Source: Eledone cirrhosa
Lineage: Eukaryota
Direction of reading: 5' to 3'
DNA: 64,000 nucleotides
Assembly: GCA_964016885.1 (NCBI GenBank)
Contig: OZ024740.1
Coordinates: 199,826,001 to 199,890,000, forward strand
Below, one piece after another: positions 27,735-41,699 of this stretch. Within the stretch, counting starts at the first letter, position 1; every line of letters starts with the position of its first letter. The notes under the pieces are model-generated. The model was given only the letters and a program-made list of their open reading frames with translations. It ran no database searches and was not told the DNA's origin. The translations under genes were made by a program, and so were the position numbers.

Positions 27735-28356
27735 CAGGTCACCATTTGGTGCTACTGGTAACATGTATCCCAGTACAACCTGTCTCATGGTCGGGTCATT
27801 GACGACTAAACTGGCAACCCCACCAAGGTTTCTTGGTGAGTAGGGTGACTTTGGACATCCTGCAGAACTAAAAACAAAACCTGTCAAAGGGCAAAGGAGT
27901 TCTTAAGAGTCAATGGCCATCCAAAATAACCGGGAGAGATGACCCCTTAGCCTTTGTCAAGGCAGAATTCTAGGAGAAGGAAAACTATGATATAACACCT
28001 GCAACTCTGATGGTATCCAATGATGTTAACTTGTTCTTATTTTTAGGTAAATATCATCTTGGTTAAGAGAGTGGGACTGGATTTGTGCAGTGCCTTTGCT
28101 CACTATAAAAGCTTCACGGCACAGGCATTGCTTTATATCTGGAGATCTCTCTGCACTTGTCGTCACATGGTACCATGGGCACAACACTATGTGTCAATAA
28201 TTGTCACAAGTGCAGTGTTTGTACCAGAGTTTTCAAGTCGCTGGCTGGACTAAAAAGTCACACTCGTTCAGTGCATTGGTAGGGGTTCTCCTACATGGAT
28301 ATGAAGTAGTGGCCGTACTCGAAAACGAGTTGGCAGCCACCATGTATGTATGTATG
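27735..28356 (+). mobile_element. Internally deleted RTE-like LINE: 5'-UTR-like part joined to a C2H2 3' end and (ATGT)n tail
   Basis: Ends with CSVCTRVFKSLAGLKSHTRSVH*, then GGCCGTACTCGAAAACGAGTTGGCAGCCACC(ATGT)n; preceded by (TATG)n. Confidence 0.62.
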
Positions 28357-28842
28357 CATCTCTGCTGATACATGGGAAAATATTGCTGCTGATCGTAATA
28401 AATGGAGAAAGACTGTATATGAGGGAAAAGTTGCCTTTGAGGCATCTCGAATCGCACACGAGAAAGTAAAGCGGGACGTGAGGAAGGGTATTGCTGTTGC
28501 ACTTCCAGACGGCGAGGGTCCTCCTATGTTTCTGACATGCAGCGTCTGTGCGAGACTCTGCCTAAGCAAAGCTGGACTCGAAAGTCATCTTCGCAGTCAT
28601 AAAGTAAGACCAGTGGTTGACTACCAGGCTGCTGTTGGAGATGCTACTCATCATGCTTGCCAAACATGTGGTAGAGAATGTAAATCAGCAGGAGGACTCA
28701 AGCGACATGCAAAAGTACACGAACTCCAACCACAGCCGACTATTCCCAGTAAATGTTTTGGTTGCCGACTCTGTGCAAGACATTTTAGATCATTGGCTGG
28801 GCTAAAAAGCCACATTCGATCGCAGCACTGTTAGTTGCTATC

Positions 28843-28880
<38 letters not shown>

Positions 28881-28959
28881 GCTTATGTGCGTGCGTGTGT
28901 GTGTATATATATATGAATATGTATATTATTGTTGTTGTTGTCGTTATTAATATTATTGC

Positions 28960-29005
<46 letters not shown>

Positions 29006-29125
29006 GTTATTAATGTATGTGTATATATGTGTGAGTGTATGTGTATGTATGTGTGTGTGTATACATGTATGTATGTGTATGTATGTGTGTGTGTATATAT
29101 ATGTGTATGTATATATATATGTATA

Positions 29126-29158
<33 letters not shown>

Positions 29159-29193
29159 CTTTTCCCTTTTTTTTTTTTTTTTTTTTTTTTTTC

Positions 29194-29253
<60 letters not shown>

Positions 29254-29350
29254 TTTTTTTTTTTTTTATTGTGCAATGGCCATACTCGATAACGAGGGGG
29301 CAGCCATCATGTATGTATGTATGTATGTATGTATGTATGTATGTATGTAT
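28357..29350 (+). mobile_element. RTE-like LINE 3' end with three C2H2 zinc fingers; 3' UTR invaded by microsatellites
   Basis: WENIAADRNKWRKTV (RTE C-terminal signature); fingers CSVC..H..H, CQTC..H..H and CRLC..H..H; terminus GGCCATACTCGATAACGAGGGGGCAGCCATC(ATGT)n. Confidence 0.8.
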
Positions 29351-29649
29351 GCATGTATACATGTATGTATGTATGTATATATGTACTTCTGGTTTTATTG
29401 TTTTACAAATGTTCAGCAATAGAAGCAGGCTATGTTTCTAACATAGAAACAAGACATATGGAAATGTAGATAACATCAACTAGGTAAAAACTTTGGTATG
29501 ACTGTATGTGTCTGTGCGTGTGTCTATGTCTGTATGTTTCTGTGCATGAGTATGTCTGAATGTGCTTGTGTGCATGTGAACATCTGTATGTTTTCAGATA
29601 TATGTGTACACCTGCATATGCTTCTCTTACTATACATGTGAATAAGCAG

Positions 29650-31390
29650 TTATTTCATGCTGAATTTCTGAAATATTTTACATATATTTACAGTTCTATT
29701 AAGGAAGTATTATTGCAACTTCCTAACTAACCGTGCTCCATAAGGTACTGTGAAGCACATTTTCTCAAGTGTTCTACTTGGGATGCTAATAATATATCCA
29801 AGTAGAAATCTAAAAGCATAGTGTGGATGTAGTATCAGTAGATTCTTCACTTGTTCAGCATAAATGTTCTTTTCGCTTATCGTTAGCATTATATTGACAT
29901 CTGTTGGGCAGTTGATTTCCACAGTGTATGTCCTATTTTCGCTGTCGCATATCACTATGTCTGGTCTGTTACTATTGCATTCTATCATGATGACATCTTT
30001 AGGCAGCTGGTTATAATGTGGGCGATCCTCGATGTTCATTCCACAGAGTCAACATATGTTGTTACGTCTAGGTGTTTGCCCGCGTTTCTATCTCTTTTAT
30101 GCATCAAGGATTTCGTTCTCATTTGACAAAATAGACAATATATAAGTTGTTGGTCGGAGATAGGTTACTTTGCTAATCTATTTTTCTAGCAACATCGGCA
30201 TGCATGATGTTTTTCTGATAAGCATTTAGCTTTCCATCCATGGATTCGTTTCATTAGTGCTTGGAATTTAACTTGGTTTTCATAAAGGGAGTATTACTCA
30301 AGGATTTCCTTCCTAACTCTCATAATGTTCTCTGCCTCCTCGTGTAGGGAAACTTATTCTATGACTGGTTCGCTACGCATGTTTATTTGTTGATGTCGGA
30401 GCGATACGATGCAACACTCAAATGCGGATTGGAATGATATTAAAGCTTTCCCTGCTACTTTGCGGTTTACGCAGAGGCCGCCTATGTCAATGTTCATGTC
30501 GAAATGTCCGAAAACCATATTTTTCTTATTCCGGTTTTATATTACCTGGTTATCCGTTCCTTATTACAAATTCTGTCATAGTATATATTTTCATCTATCA
30601 CTAATTATTTGTAGGAGTCTTCATCAGATACCGATGACCTAGTTTAGTTATTGATAGAGATGTTGCTAGATTGGCGTAGAGTTGCTCCTCGTGTTAAAAT
30701 TATAAAGTCTCATTTATCCATTCCTTTATCTTTTGATTATGTCATAAATCAGGTCAAGGTTTTCACACCATTTATATTCTTGTCATAAGAATTTTTATTC
30801 AGCATAAAGGACTAGGAGTTTACTGACTGTTTAAATAACTTCATAGAGCGACTGTCTTCTTGAAATACACGCCTATGTCCTATTTTATCAGTGACAATAT
30901 AGGTTTCCTTCTCTGTATTTAAATGTATTATAGTGGCCCAGGAAGACGATATGTTCTCTATGGCTCAGATTGTGGTATCTAGGACATAAGCACACAGAAG
31001 CGTCTCTTGCATGCACGAGTGGGGAACATAATTGAATGCTTTACTGCAGTCCAATCAATCTGAAAGTTCTTTCGATGTCACTGCACCTCTGAATTCGCGG
31101 TTTTGTTAATTAGGAGCTGCTTAATAGTCCTCAATTATATTCAGCGCATCTGCTTCCTCATTTATCATGAATTAGATACATTCACAGTGATGCCGGAATA
31201 ATAGGTTCAGATAGGCTGTATACATGTTATAATTACGTTTCTGGCATAGAGTAATATCAGCCAGATTGATATATATCGCTCGAGAGCTTGTGGGAAAAGG
31301 TTGATAAGTTACATCCGATAGAAAGTCAGCTTTCTTTAACTGTAGCCGACAATCAACTCTCTCCCTGGTGCTTTCTCTTCTTTAAGTATT
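29650..31390 (-). mobile_element. Decayed R4/Dong-like RLE LINE (related to 25830-27615)
   Basis: NRPDIVI..VEINCPTDVN RLE motif; DNA similarity to 25830-27600. Confidence 0.7.
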
Positions 31391-31394
31391 CCTC

Positions 31395-32402
31395 TCAGAG
31401 TCTTAAGGTTATCCTCTTTGACGTTGTGTGCTTTTGGTCTTTGGTTTTTAAAGGACAATTTTCACTCCGTCTACAATTAAAATTTCGGTGTGTGTTGTTG
31501 TTCGTGTCTTGGGAGGGCCGGTTGGTAAAACCCTCCCGATATGGAATGTGTTCTTCCGAGGTGTCGCTAGCAAACTCAGGCACTTCATTAGCTAATGTGT
31601 AAGGTTGTTGGTGGTTATTTACAGATTTGATTTCGTCGAACCCTACTCTAATTTTCCCATTAGTAGTTCGTGGTAGGTGGTAAGCCAGGTTTGGAGTAGT
31701 GGAGTAAGATAATGTAATCGTATTTTTATTAAATATACTATGGTATCTACTGCCAGGCGGGAAATTCTTTTCTAGGATTAAGAAGGTTTTGGGTATGTTA
31801 GTTAAGACTTCCAAGTTGTAGGGTGGGTTAAAGACGGTGTTCAGTCTTCCTCTATGTTTTCTATTTTTCCCCACTAGAGTCCAGTTAATATTAGAAACAC
31901 CATTCCGCCTACCGCCGTCAAAATTATTGCCACAATAAACCTGCTGTGAAACTCACGCATTATTTTGGTCAATACTCCCACTAAAACCACCACGATGCGT
32001 ATAGGTTCTAGAACTCATCATACCCCTATTAGTGTTACCAGTAGGAGTATGTGGAGGGCCAGTCCGTCGCGGCCGGCTGAATCAATCACAGTAGGGGTCT
32101 TATCCATAGTCCTATTTATATTACTATTATTATTCAATGACATATTGTGCGTAATTATACTATTAGGTCCAGCATGGGTGGATTTGGAGCTGGTAGGTAC
32201 GTATATAGTTTATTCCTATATCCAGACTTAGCTAGTGCTTCATTATAATATTCAACATTAGAGTTGAAAATGTCCTCATTACAAGATAAACGGCTAATCC
32301 TATTAGATACGCCTTTTAATTCCAACCATCCTAAATCAGTACTTAATGCTATTATTAAAGGCGGATCTTATAGGATTAGCTGTTTATCTTGTAATGAGGA
32401 AA
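31395..32402 (-). mobile_element. Decayed PLE (thumb + linker) with a short 5' inversion
   Basis: FNPPYN..TNIPKTFL..NFPP..IFNKNTITLSYS, NCRRSENCPL, and thumb NRISRLSCNEDIFN..YNEALAKSGY. Confidence 0.8.
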
Positions 32403-33336
32403 AATGATAGTATAGATTATACACGTAATTGGAGGTTGGTGACTAAATCTACGCCCTACTGCCCTCCGAGCAAAATTTGTAACCTGCGCCTTCTAGACTC
32501 TCACGCCATAATATACTCTAGATGTAACTTTTTCAATAGGAAATCAGAGATATTCTCTTCTTGTATACACATGAACCTTAATTCCTTTTACCACTTTAAG
32601 CCAATTACTTAGATCTGCTGAAGAATCACTCCTCCCTATACAGTACCACTGCAACACTCTATTAACTTTCTGCCTCATTATTTCTATTTCCTTAACCAAC
32701 TACCTTCCCCCTTGTGGACCCCTTCGTTGTGTAGGTTTGTAGGACAGTGGGGACTTCTGTTCCATTGCATTTGAAAGTTGCCTGTTTTCGGTTGGTATCC
32801 GGTGTGCCCGGCACTCGGTGCGAATGTTTAAATCCCCCGGGGTAACCAACTTGAGACCTTCAGTTAGTGGCTTCCATTCAGCCACCGGCCACCGTGGTTG
32901 GGTAATAACACAACCCATCACCACCCAAGTCGAGGGTTACTGGTGTAAGTGGGTGTACGACTTGCCCCAGTTACGGCTAAGGATTCTTACTTATTTATTT
33001 ATTTATTTATTTCATTGAGTATTTAGTCCCTGATAGTTAGCATAACGTACTATATACTGCCCCCCCCCCCCCCCCCCTGATGCGAAGAATACTATATAGT
33101 ACATGCCAACCTATTGCTATTGGGAAGTAGGCAATTGAGCTAATTGCCCCATCTATCTTAGTCCCAATAACCCATATGGGCATTTATATTCAATTGTTGG
33201 ACCATCCCTACTTCGGAACATGCGTGCACTGCCTACTCACCACACCTGGTAATACGTGTCGTTCGTGCAGGGGTTGGGGACACAGTGCTTGCACATTAGG
33301 ATTATTAAACTCCCTGTACCATGGAACCTATATTTT

Positions 33337-34015
33337 ATACTTTCTGTTTGAACCCAACCCGTTTGAACACTCCCCCATAATAGAAATAGTAAAGCTATCG
33401 GGCATATTAACTTATCATTAGGTAACCAAGTTTTAATAGTCTTTAGTATGACACACATCACAATTCTGGAGGACCATTAATACTAATTAATAATATTGTT
33501 TTTATTTGTACGAATCTTGTAGTATTAGTATGATTTTATAGATCGCTAGCTTAACGTCCTTAATATTGATGACGAATGATAATGGCTCATATATAGCAGC
33601 CACTGCTATTACGAGAAAGGTAATTCCACTACTCGCCCCATTTGGCTTAGTCCCACAGACCCATATGGGCGTTTCTAGTCCAATTGTTAGACCCTCCCTA
33701 ATACGGTACTTGCGTACACTGTCCACTCCCACCCACACTTGTTAATATATGGAGGTCAGACCGGGGTTGAGATCACCGTGCTTGCGTCTTAGGAATTTGT
33801 GAGTTCCCTTTACCGTAGAATTTAAATGTTATACTTCTGTTTGAACCCACCTGTTTGAACACTCCCCCATAATGGAAATGGTAATGCTATTATTGGACTT
33901 ATTGACTTTTTATAAAGTAACTGAGTTTTAATAGTCTTTAGTATGATACACTTGACAATGCTGGAGGTCCATTAATAATTAATAACAATATAGTTTTTAT
34001 TTGTACGAATCTTGT
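33337..34015. repeat. Imperfect direct repeat, ~185 bp (33337-33520 / 33831-34015)
   Basis: Both copies run CTGTTTGAACCC..GTTTGAACACTCCCCCATAAT..TTTATTTGTACGAATCTTGT. Confidence 0.85.
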
Positions 34016-34149
34016 GAATTGGTATGAGTTTCTGTTGGCGATTAAATATTTTTCTTTTTTATTGTTGGCAGTTCGAATTAAATAACCTTATAGATGACAA
34101 ATTAGAGTAGTCCCCCTCTCTTTACCACTCTAACGTCATTATTTGGTGA

Positions 34150-34345
34150 CTGGGCGGTGGATTGGCAGTATCGGTAGAGGTTCGGACGCCATGCTTTGAA
34201 GCATAGCGTTACCTCCCTTTATGATCTGAGTTCAAATCCCGCCGAGGTTAACTTTTCCTTTCATCCTTACGGGGTCGATAAAATAAAGTACCAGTAATGC
34301 ACTGGCTAATTGCTGGCCTTGTGCCAAAAGTAGAAACAATTATTT
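34150..34345 (+). mobile_element. Full-length tRNA-derived SINE with likely target-site duplication
   Basis: Same family as 11727-11903; ATTTGGTGACTG occurs on both sides (about 34141 and 34342). Confidence 0.88.
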
Positions 34346-35094
34346 GGTGACTGAAAACGTCATTATTTGGTTACTGAAAACGTCATGAATTCATGTGTAT
34401 ATACGCACAGCGGTGACGAACGAAGTAGCATGTTTTATGGAGCCGAATTTCTAAATTTCTGCGAGGTATGTAAGCTGTCTTATATAATCTATGTATACCT
34501 GTTTGGGTATGACCCCCACCTAGCAGACATACTGGGGTACCTGGTGGATTTAATGATTTGAGCACTTTGTGTTATTTACTTTTCTGTTTTGTATTGATTG
34601 TTAATCCACCTGCTGTTCAAATTGCTGCTGAAATTAACCTGGCATTGTTTTTGATATGTTCGCGGCTGGATTGTATGTGGAGAATTTGGTTATATAGAAT
34701 CTGGAACTGAAACTTGAACACATTATGCTTCACGGCGTGGGATGTTAAGCATGTGGAGACTTTTTGATGTATAAATCCAGCATGTAATACATGTTACTGA
34801 TGTGATGTTATGTTTAGGTGATCGTATGAATCCAACTAATTTGTACTTTATGAACGGTCTACATATGTTGTATAATCTTGACTGATTTGTTATCTACTGA
34901 CAATCCAATATCTCTATAACCCCTAAAAATTGGGGCATATGTAACCGATTGGTCTAACCTGTACGGTAAATATGCATATGTAGTAACTATTTGCCAGATG
35001 TGTGTTTTTTACAGTAACTAAAACATTGTTGTTAGGGTTTTTGGATTCAGCTTTATCTTGTAATAACCCCACTTTGCTTGTGTATGGATTGTAT

Positions 35095-35240
35095 TTCTTT
35101 TTTTCTTTTTTCTTTTTTTCTTTTTCTTTTCTTTTTTTCTGTTTTCTTTTTTTTTTCTTTTTTCTTTTTTCTTTTTTCTTTTTTCTTTTTTCTTTTTTCT
35201 TTTTTCTTTTTTCTTTTTTCCTTGTTTTCTTTTTATCTTT
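35095..35240. repeat. Polypyrimidine (CTTTTTT)n low-complexity tract
   Basis: Seen directly in the sequence. Confidence 0.9.
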
Positions 35241-35520
35241 TATATTTATTTTTTATCTCGCTTTTTATCTTCCTTTTACTTTTTTATTATATGTTTTAAC
35301 CATTGTTTACACTTTTTGCTTTTGTGTGCCATCACTGGAATTTGCATCTTGTGAACAAATCTGCCTGTACCCTAGCATTTAGCTGTAGTGCTTATTAGCA
35401 ACCCCAACATGTACTCTCTCCTTATTCGCCATCTCCGATCTCCTATTTTTACCCTCTATTGTATTCCAATTGTTTGTGTGACTAAACATGGTAGAGCTTA
35501 TACTCAGCACTGTGTTTTTG

Positions 35521-35580
35521 TTTATTAAGCTCTGATGATTCCTGCCCAACGGTATGGATGAAACATTCTCAGCTAATGAA
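35521..35580 (+). ncRNA. Type I hammerhead motif (stem III mismatch)
   Basis: TTATTAAGCT-CTGATGA-tTCC TGCC caac GGTA tGGAt-GAAA-CATTC-TC-AGCTAATGAA. Confidence 0.65.
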
Positions 35581-35618
35581 AACTGTTTGTGTATGTAAGC
35601 GTTCTTTGATTTCTATGG

Positions 35619-35732
<114 letters not shown>

Positions 35733-35801
35733 AAAAAGGGATGAAATCGAAAATGCAACTGAAGTCTTATTTTTAAAAAAAATATATATATTTATTTGGT
35801 T

Positions 35802-35839
35802 CCTCTACCAGTTTCGCAGTTCTTCTGCTTTTCAAAAGG
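35802..35839 (-). ncRNA. Minimal hammerhead, U3-A8 variant (2 substitutions)
   Basis: Mirror image of 35910-35947. Confidence 0.7.
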
Positions 35840-35909
35840 TGAGTTGAGATGGAGGGTCTGTGGTTTTTCTCACATGTGAGAAAAACCACAGACCCTCCAT
35901 CTCAACTCA

Positions 35910-35947
35910 CCTTTTGAAAAGCAGAAGAACTGCGAAACCGGTAAAGG
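35910..35947 (+). ncRNA. Minimal hammerhead, U3-A8 variant
   Basis: CCTT-TTGAAAA-GCAG aagaa CTGC-GAAA-CCGG-TA-AAGG. Confidence 0.82.
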
Positions 35948-36078
35948 AACCAAATAAATATATATATTTAAAAAAAAAAAGAAGACTTCAGTTGCATTTG
36001 CGATTTCATCCCTTTTTCTTTATACTTCCACTCGTGTAGGACACCTCGGTTATTTTTCATTTTGTAAAAAAACCTCAC

Positions 36079-36132
<54 letters not shown>

Positions 36133-36289
36133 ATGTATATATATATATATATACACATATATATATGTATATATATATATATACACATATATATATGTAT
36201 ATATATATATATACACATATATATATGTATATATATATATACACATATATATATATATGTATATATATATATACATATATATATATAGG

Positions 36290-36620
36290 GAAAAGACCCC
36301 CTTTAGTCAGGAATGACCATGGGATTTGCACCTAGAAAGTTCTGTTACGTGGAACAATAAGGGCGACGCTTTTTATGGAAGACCACCAGTCGCCTAGACA
36401 TAATAGTCTCTTCTCTCCATGCCATAGATGTTGTCCAAGGGAAATGCAATGACCGATACAGATTGCCACCAGTGGCGTCGCAACTCATTTCTACAGCAGA
36501 GTTAACTGGAGCAGCGTGAAACAAAGTGTTCTGCCCAAGGACTCAACACATCACCGGGTCTGAGAATAAACTCACAACTTCATATTTGCAAGCCGATCAC
36601 TGTAACCTTTATGTCATACT
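36290..36620 (-). mobile_element. SINE, second family
   Basis: GAGTTAACTGGAGCAGCGTGAAACAAAGTG..AACAC core, with a related decayed segment at about 5780-5900; tRNA-like head toward 36600. Confidence 0.55.
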
Positions 36621-36624
36621 CCTT

Positions 36625-36662
<38 letters not shown>

Positions 36663-37461
36663 CAGATATATATAGAATTATATATATATTAGTGTGTGTG
36701 TGTGTGTATAATTAAATATTTATGTATTTATTGTTTTGGGGATATGTAAGGGGATGCATAATCACATTTAGACAGATAAACTCTCAGTACGTAGAGAGAC
36801 TGATAGATACATACATACCTACATACACAGATAAAAATCTAGGAGAGAGAAGTCTAGTAAGGCCTTCATTAAAAATCGATTCTATTCAAACTAACGATCA
36901 CAATTCAAATTCGTGATGGTGCAGTTGTAACCTCCAAATAATATCAATTCTGGTTTATTGTTAGCAATAGTTTCGTATGTTTACGTCCTGATTCAGCATG
37001 AGATTTACCTTTTTTTTATCATTAAGAAATATATCTTCTATTATATTACTGATATGATGTACCATTTCCTTTCTTTATTATTTATCATCTCTTTCTTATA
37101 GTAGCATAAGAAAATGTAGGTAGTTTGCAAAATTGAAATAGGAGACATGTGAATGAAATATATATTAAAAAAAAACATTCTTAATGAGAGAAATTTATTG
37201 ACTTCATTCTGAATCAGTCGTTATATTTCTAACTATAAACAGTCTTTAGCTGTTGGCCGACGATTTAAGGTGCCTACGTGGTTGATCCAATCAATTTCAA
37301 GTCAAATGTTATTTGCATCAGGTTAAAGAAAAAATTGACGACAGATAACAAATCTAATATTCTAAGACTTGTATTTTTATATTTGATTGCTCCTCTATAT
37401 TTATACAATTTGTTTTTCGTTGAAAAATAGAATAAATTGAAAGCTATTTATTTTAAAATCT

Positions 37462-37950
37462 TTATTTATCAACATAAGCACCATGGACATCAAAACACAT
37501 TTGTAAGCAATGATATCAGCCTTTTATCCTGATAGAACTGAGGATCGTGTGAAGTTAGCCATGTCGAACTGATGTTTTTACATAATTAATGGTTTCAAAT
37601 TGAGTACCTTCTAAAACGTGTTTTTATGTTTAGTAAATAAGAAAATATCAGTACATTCGGATTTCTAATAATTCCTCATCAAAATTGCTGCAAGTCTCCC
37701 GTTGTTTGATGAGAGGAATTGGCAGAGGCATTAACATGGTGGAAAAGAACTCTGTGAAGAAGTTTTCCAGAGCATTTTTCTGCAAAGTTTCTGGCTAATT
37801 TTTTCAAACCTGTTTCATAATAAGCAATTGTTACTGTTTTTCTTTCCCTCCAAGAAATGAACTAACAAAATGCCTTCAGCATCTCAAAAGACTGTTAACA
37901 TGTCATTTCCTCTTGAACGGTTCACTTTTGATTTCATGGGACCATTTCTT
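37462..37950 (-). pseudogene. Mariner-type DDD transposase remnant
   Basis: Hand translation gives MLTVF*DAEGILLVHFLEG, then after a frameshift AYYETGLKKL..RVLFHHVNASA, and the C-terminus KCFDVHGAYVDK*. Confidence 0.8.
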
Positions 37951-39269
37951 TACAAATGAAGAAAAGGGAACAATAATATAGATTAGCTAAGAAGAATTTT
38001 GAATCTTGAAGGTTAATGGTGTCTACCGTAGGCAATATGTCATCTATTTGAGTGTTGGGGTGCGGGAAGAATCAATTGTATCGAGCACAACACTTCGATG
38101 CTACTTTATTTCATCGAACCCGGAATAATGAACGACAAAGTTGAGAAAGTGACTTCGGTGCTATTTGAACTCACATTGTAAAGAAGAGGAACAGATACTG
38201 ATGCACGCACTCACATACATACACTAATAACCACATAGACTCACCCAAACACCCAGGAAATCTGATAACGCCCATCAACACACCCACACACTCATAGATA
38301 AACATAGACACACGTGCACACATGTACATATAGCACACGTAAAATACATAAAACCATACACATATATACACACTTATACACACACACATGTGCACTTCCA
38401 TAAGACACGCCAAAACACAAAAGAAATACCACCAACGACATGCATTCTTACGAATTGCATACAATTGCACAGGTGTAGGTCTACACATAAACGTTCCATC
38501 ACGGCCCCCTTAAACCCATGCCAGGCCTGCCCTCATCACATATCTTAATAAAGGTCTTTTTCATTATCTCCAATTCTTCGATTTTCCAATCTCACCCCTC
38601 TTCGAAAATGTCTATAACCTCATGAAGAACCACTGTTGAAACATATGTTTATTCACGAGCATGAAACTAATATTATTCTGTATTTTTGTATCTGTGTGTT
38701 TTTGTTATTTATTCTTTGTTATTTATTCCTATTATATATCTAATTCCTATAGAGTAGCCTATAGATTGCTCATAATTAGTTACATAATTGATACTGTAAA
38801 CTTTGGCTAACAACACGCTACCTAACATCTGCTTTATCAATGTAACTTAACTCGGCCTGGAATAATTAAAAAATGTTCCCCCCCCAACTTTCTTTTTCTA
38901 AAACATACACCATAGTTACTTCCCTCAGGTAATTATAATCATTTGTAAACTGGCATTTTAGGTTCACAAATTACACCTAATTTGAAATAGTCCGATCTAA
39001 GACATGCTCTCTTACGTATTTTCATCTTTGAATAATTATTCCAGTAATAGTAAATTTCATTCGCTGAATTGGACTACCTTCCAGAAGCATCATTAAAAAT
39101 AATAATGTTTCTTCTCTGAAGTTTCTATGAAAATATTCTGTATAACAATATATATGCATACGTACACATATATATATTGAACTGTTTTATTGGAGTTGCG
39201 CAGAGGAAACGACATGTAAGGAATACATTTTATTTTTGAATATATTGCCTTCTCCTCCATTTATTTTTG

Positions 39270-39394
<125 letters not shown>

Positions 39395-39473
39395 CGTAAG
39401 CAGACTTAACAAAAACGGAGACAGTACAACGAAGTAGTATATTACTTTAACCTTTGAGATAATAGGAAAACAG

Positions 39474-39508
39474 TCTTTACATTTCGGGACTAGTCCTTCA
39501 TCAAAAGA
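39474..39508 (-). ncRNA. Ultra-minimal hammerhead-like motif (decayed)
   Basis: Reverse complement reads TCTT-TTGATGA-aGGACTAGTCCc-GAAA-TG-TA-AAGA. Confidence 0.55.
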
Positions 39509-39654
39509 TAGAGAGAGAAGCACAGATGAAATAAAGAGTGCGAAGTGGAAGGAACGGAAACTTTAGGAAAAGAGAAACAATTGTGTATTCATTTAGTGTA
39601 AATATATGTGTTTAGCGTGTGATTTGTGGGTGCGTGTGTATCCGTGTGAGTGCG

Positions 39655-39715
<61 letters not shown>

Positions 39716-40910
39716 TCATGAGTTAAGAACCAATTGTTTCAAAAATAAAAACACACACATTCATATCTGATTCATATCTGATTCTATTACACCCGTTTAT
39801 ATATTGTGACAACGATGAAATTACTTGAATTTTATTAATTGATGTCGATATGATTGCCTCCGCCCCATGAAAACTTCACCTCTCGCAGGATTGGCAGGTA
39901 GGATGCTGGAAAATGTTTTCAAATTGGAAACATCACTCGTATTCTTTAGCAACAGATTGGACTCCGTCGAAAACATTCAAAGATAGGGAGGTGACGTGAG
40001 CCGATAATGCTGGTCGATAGGGATATTATTAGAAATATATAACAACGGTATATACCGTACTTGCGTCGATGTGATCGACTGGAACCCATGAAGACTTCAC
40101 CCTTTTCTAGCCCCAATCCAATGACTACAACCAGTAAATGAAATAAATTTATGAATAACTTGAAGCCACCGGAAAGAATATGCAACACAGATATTCATAG
40201 ACTATATACTGAAATACATCGGAAACCTAACTAATATCGAAACCAATTAATCAAATAAAAGATAGGTACTATAGAACTATTAAATAATACAAAACGAAAG
40301 TTCTTATAATCAGAGAACGCCTTAAACAAGAAGTCAGTGCTGAAACACAAAAGAATATCGATGTTTTCAAACAAAAACACAATTTACAAACACACCAAAT
40401 AGTTCATCTTCAACACATAATATTATTTTATATTTTTACTTTTTTGAAGCAATTATGTAAAAAAGCAATAACAAAATAAAACCAAGCAAAGCAACAGAAA
40501 CGTTAAGAGAAATATATAGCATTTAAACAGATGCTATGAGAGTGAATTTGTTACAAGAAGCAAGAAGGGGAAACTAGAAATATACACAAGGAACAAAGGA
40601 AAGGAGAACACAGTAGTAACAATATTGGGAAAATATAACACCTCAAGAATAAATCCAGATATTCTAAAATATAAAGAAAGCAACTCGAAAACATCAGGAA
40701 ATGAAAGATTGCCATCTTATGGGTATATATATATACATACACTCATACATACACACACACATATATACACATGTATATGTGTATATAAATACACACATAC
40801 ACATACATATACACATACATACATACGCACATAAATATCAACACATCCATACATACACATACATATATACAACCACACACACATATATACACACATATAT
40901 ATATATAGAA

Positions 40911-40977
<67 letters not shown>

Positions 40978-41555
40978 CATATATATATATATATACATAC
41001 ATGCATACACATACACATACATAGCCATACACACATACATATACATACATACATGCACACAATCATAACTATATACACACGTACATACATACACATATAT
41101 AAATGCGTACATATGCATGTACAAAACTAGAAAAATATACACACCTCTACATATTCACACACGCAAATAAATATGAGAAAAAATACATATAAAAAATAAA
41201 ATAATAAACAGTTGACAGTGATACAAGTGACGAGTAGATGAACAGACACGCGTGGTAAGCAATACACACAAATGCACGTACACATACATACGAAAAAGTA
41301 AATACATACACACACTCTCACACATAAACATACATATACAAATACATAAACACATACACAAATACATACACAAACACGCACACACACACACACATATACA
41401 TATATACACACATATACACATATATATATATATATATAAATACACACACACATACACACACATATATATATATATACATACACACACATACATACATAGC
41501 TATACAATTATATACATACAAATACGTACATATCACAGCCACGCACAACCAAATA

Positions 41556-41642
<87 letters not shown>

Positions 41643-41699
41643 GTGTAAAACTCAATCTTTGATAATTCATATGAACCTTATATATACATATATATAGTA

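Noticed and set aside
27735-27850. HDV-like ribozyme at the RTE-like 5' end
   Set aside because: Hairpins are present, but I could not build the nested double pseudoknot by eye; it needs a descriptor search.
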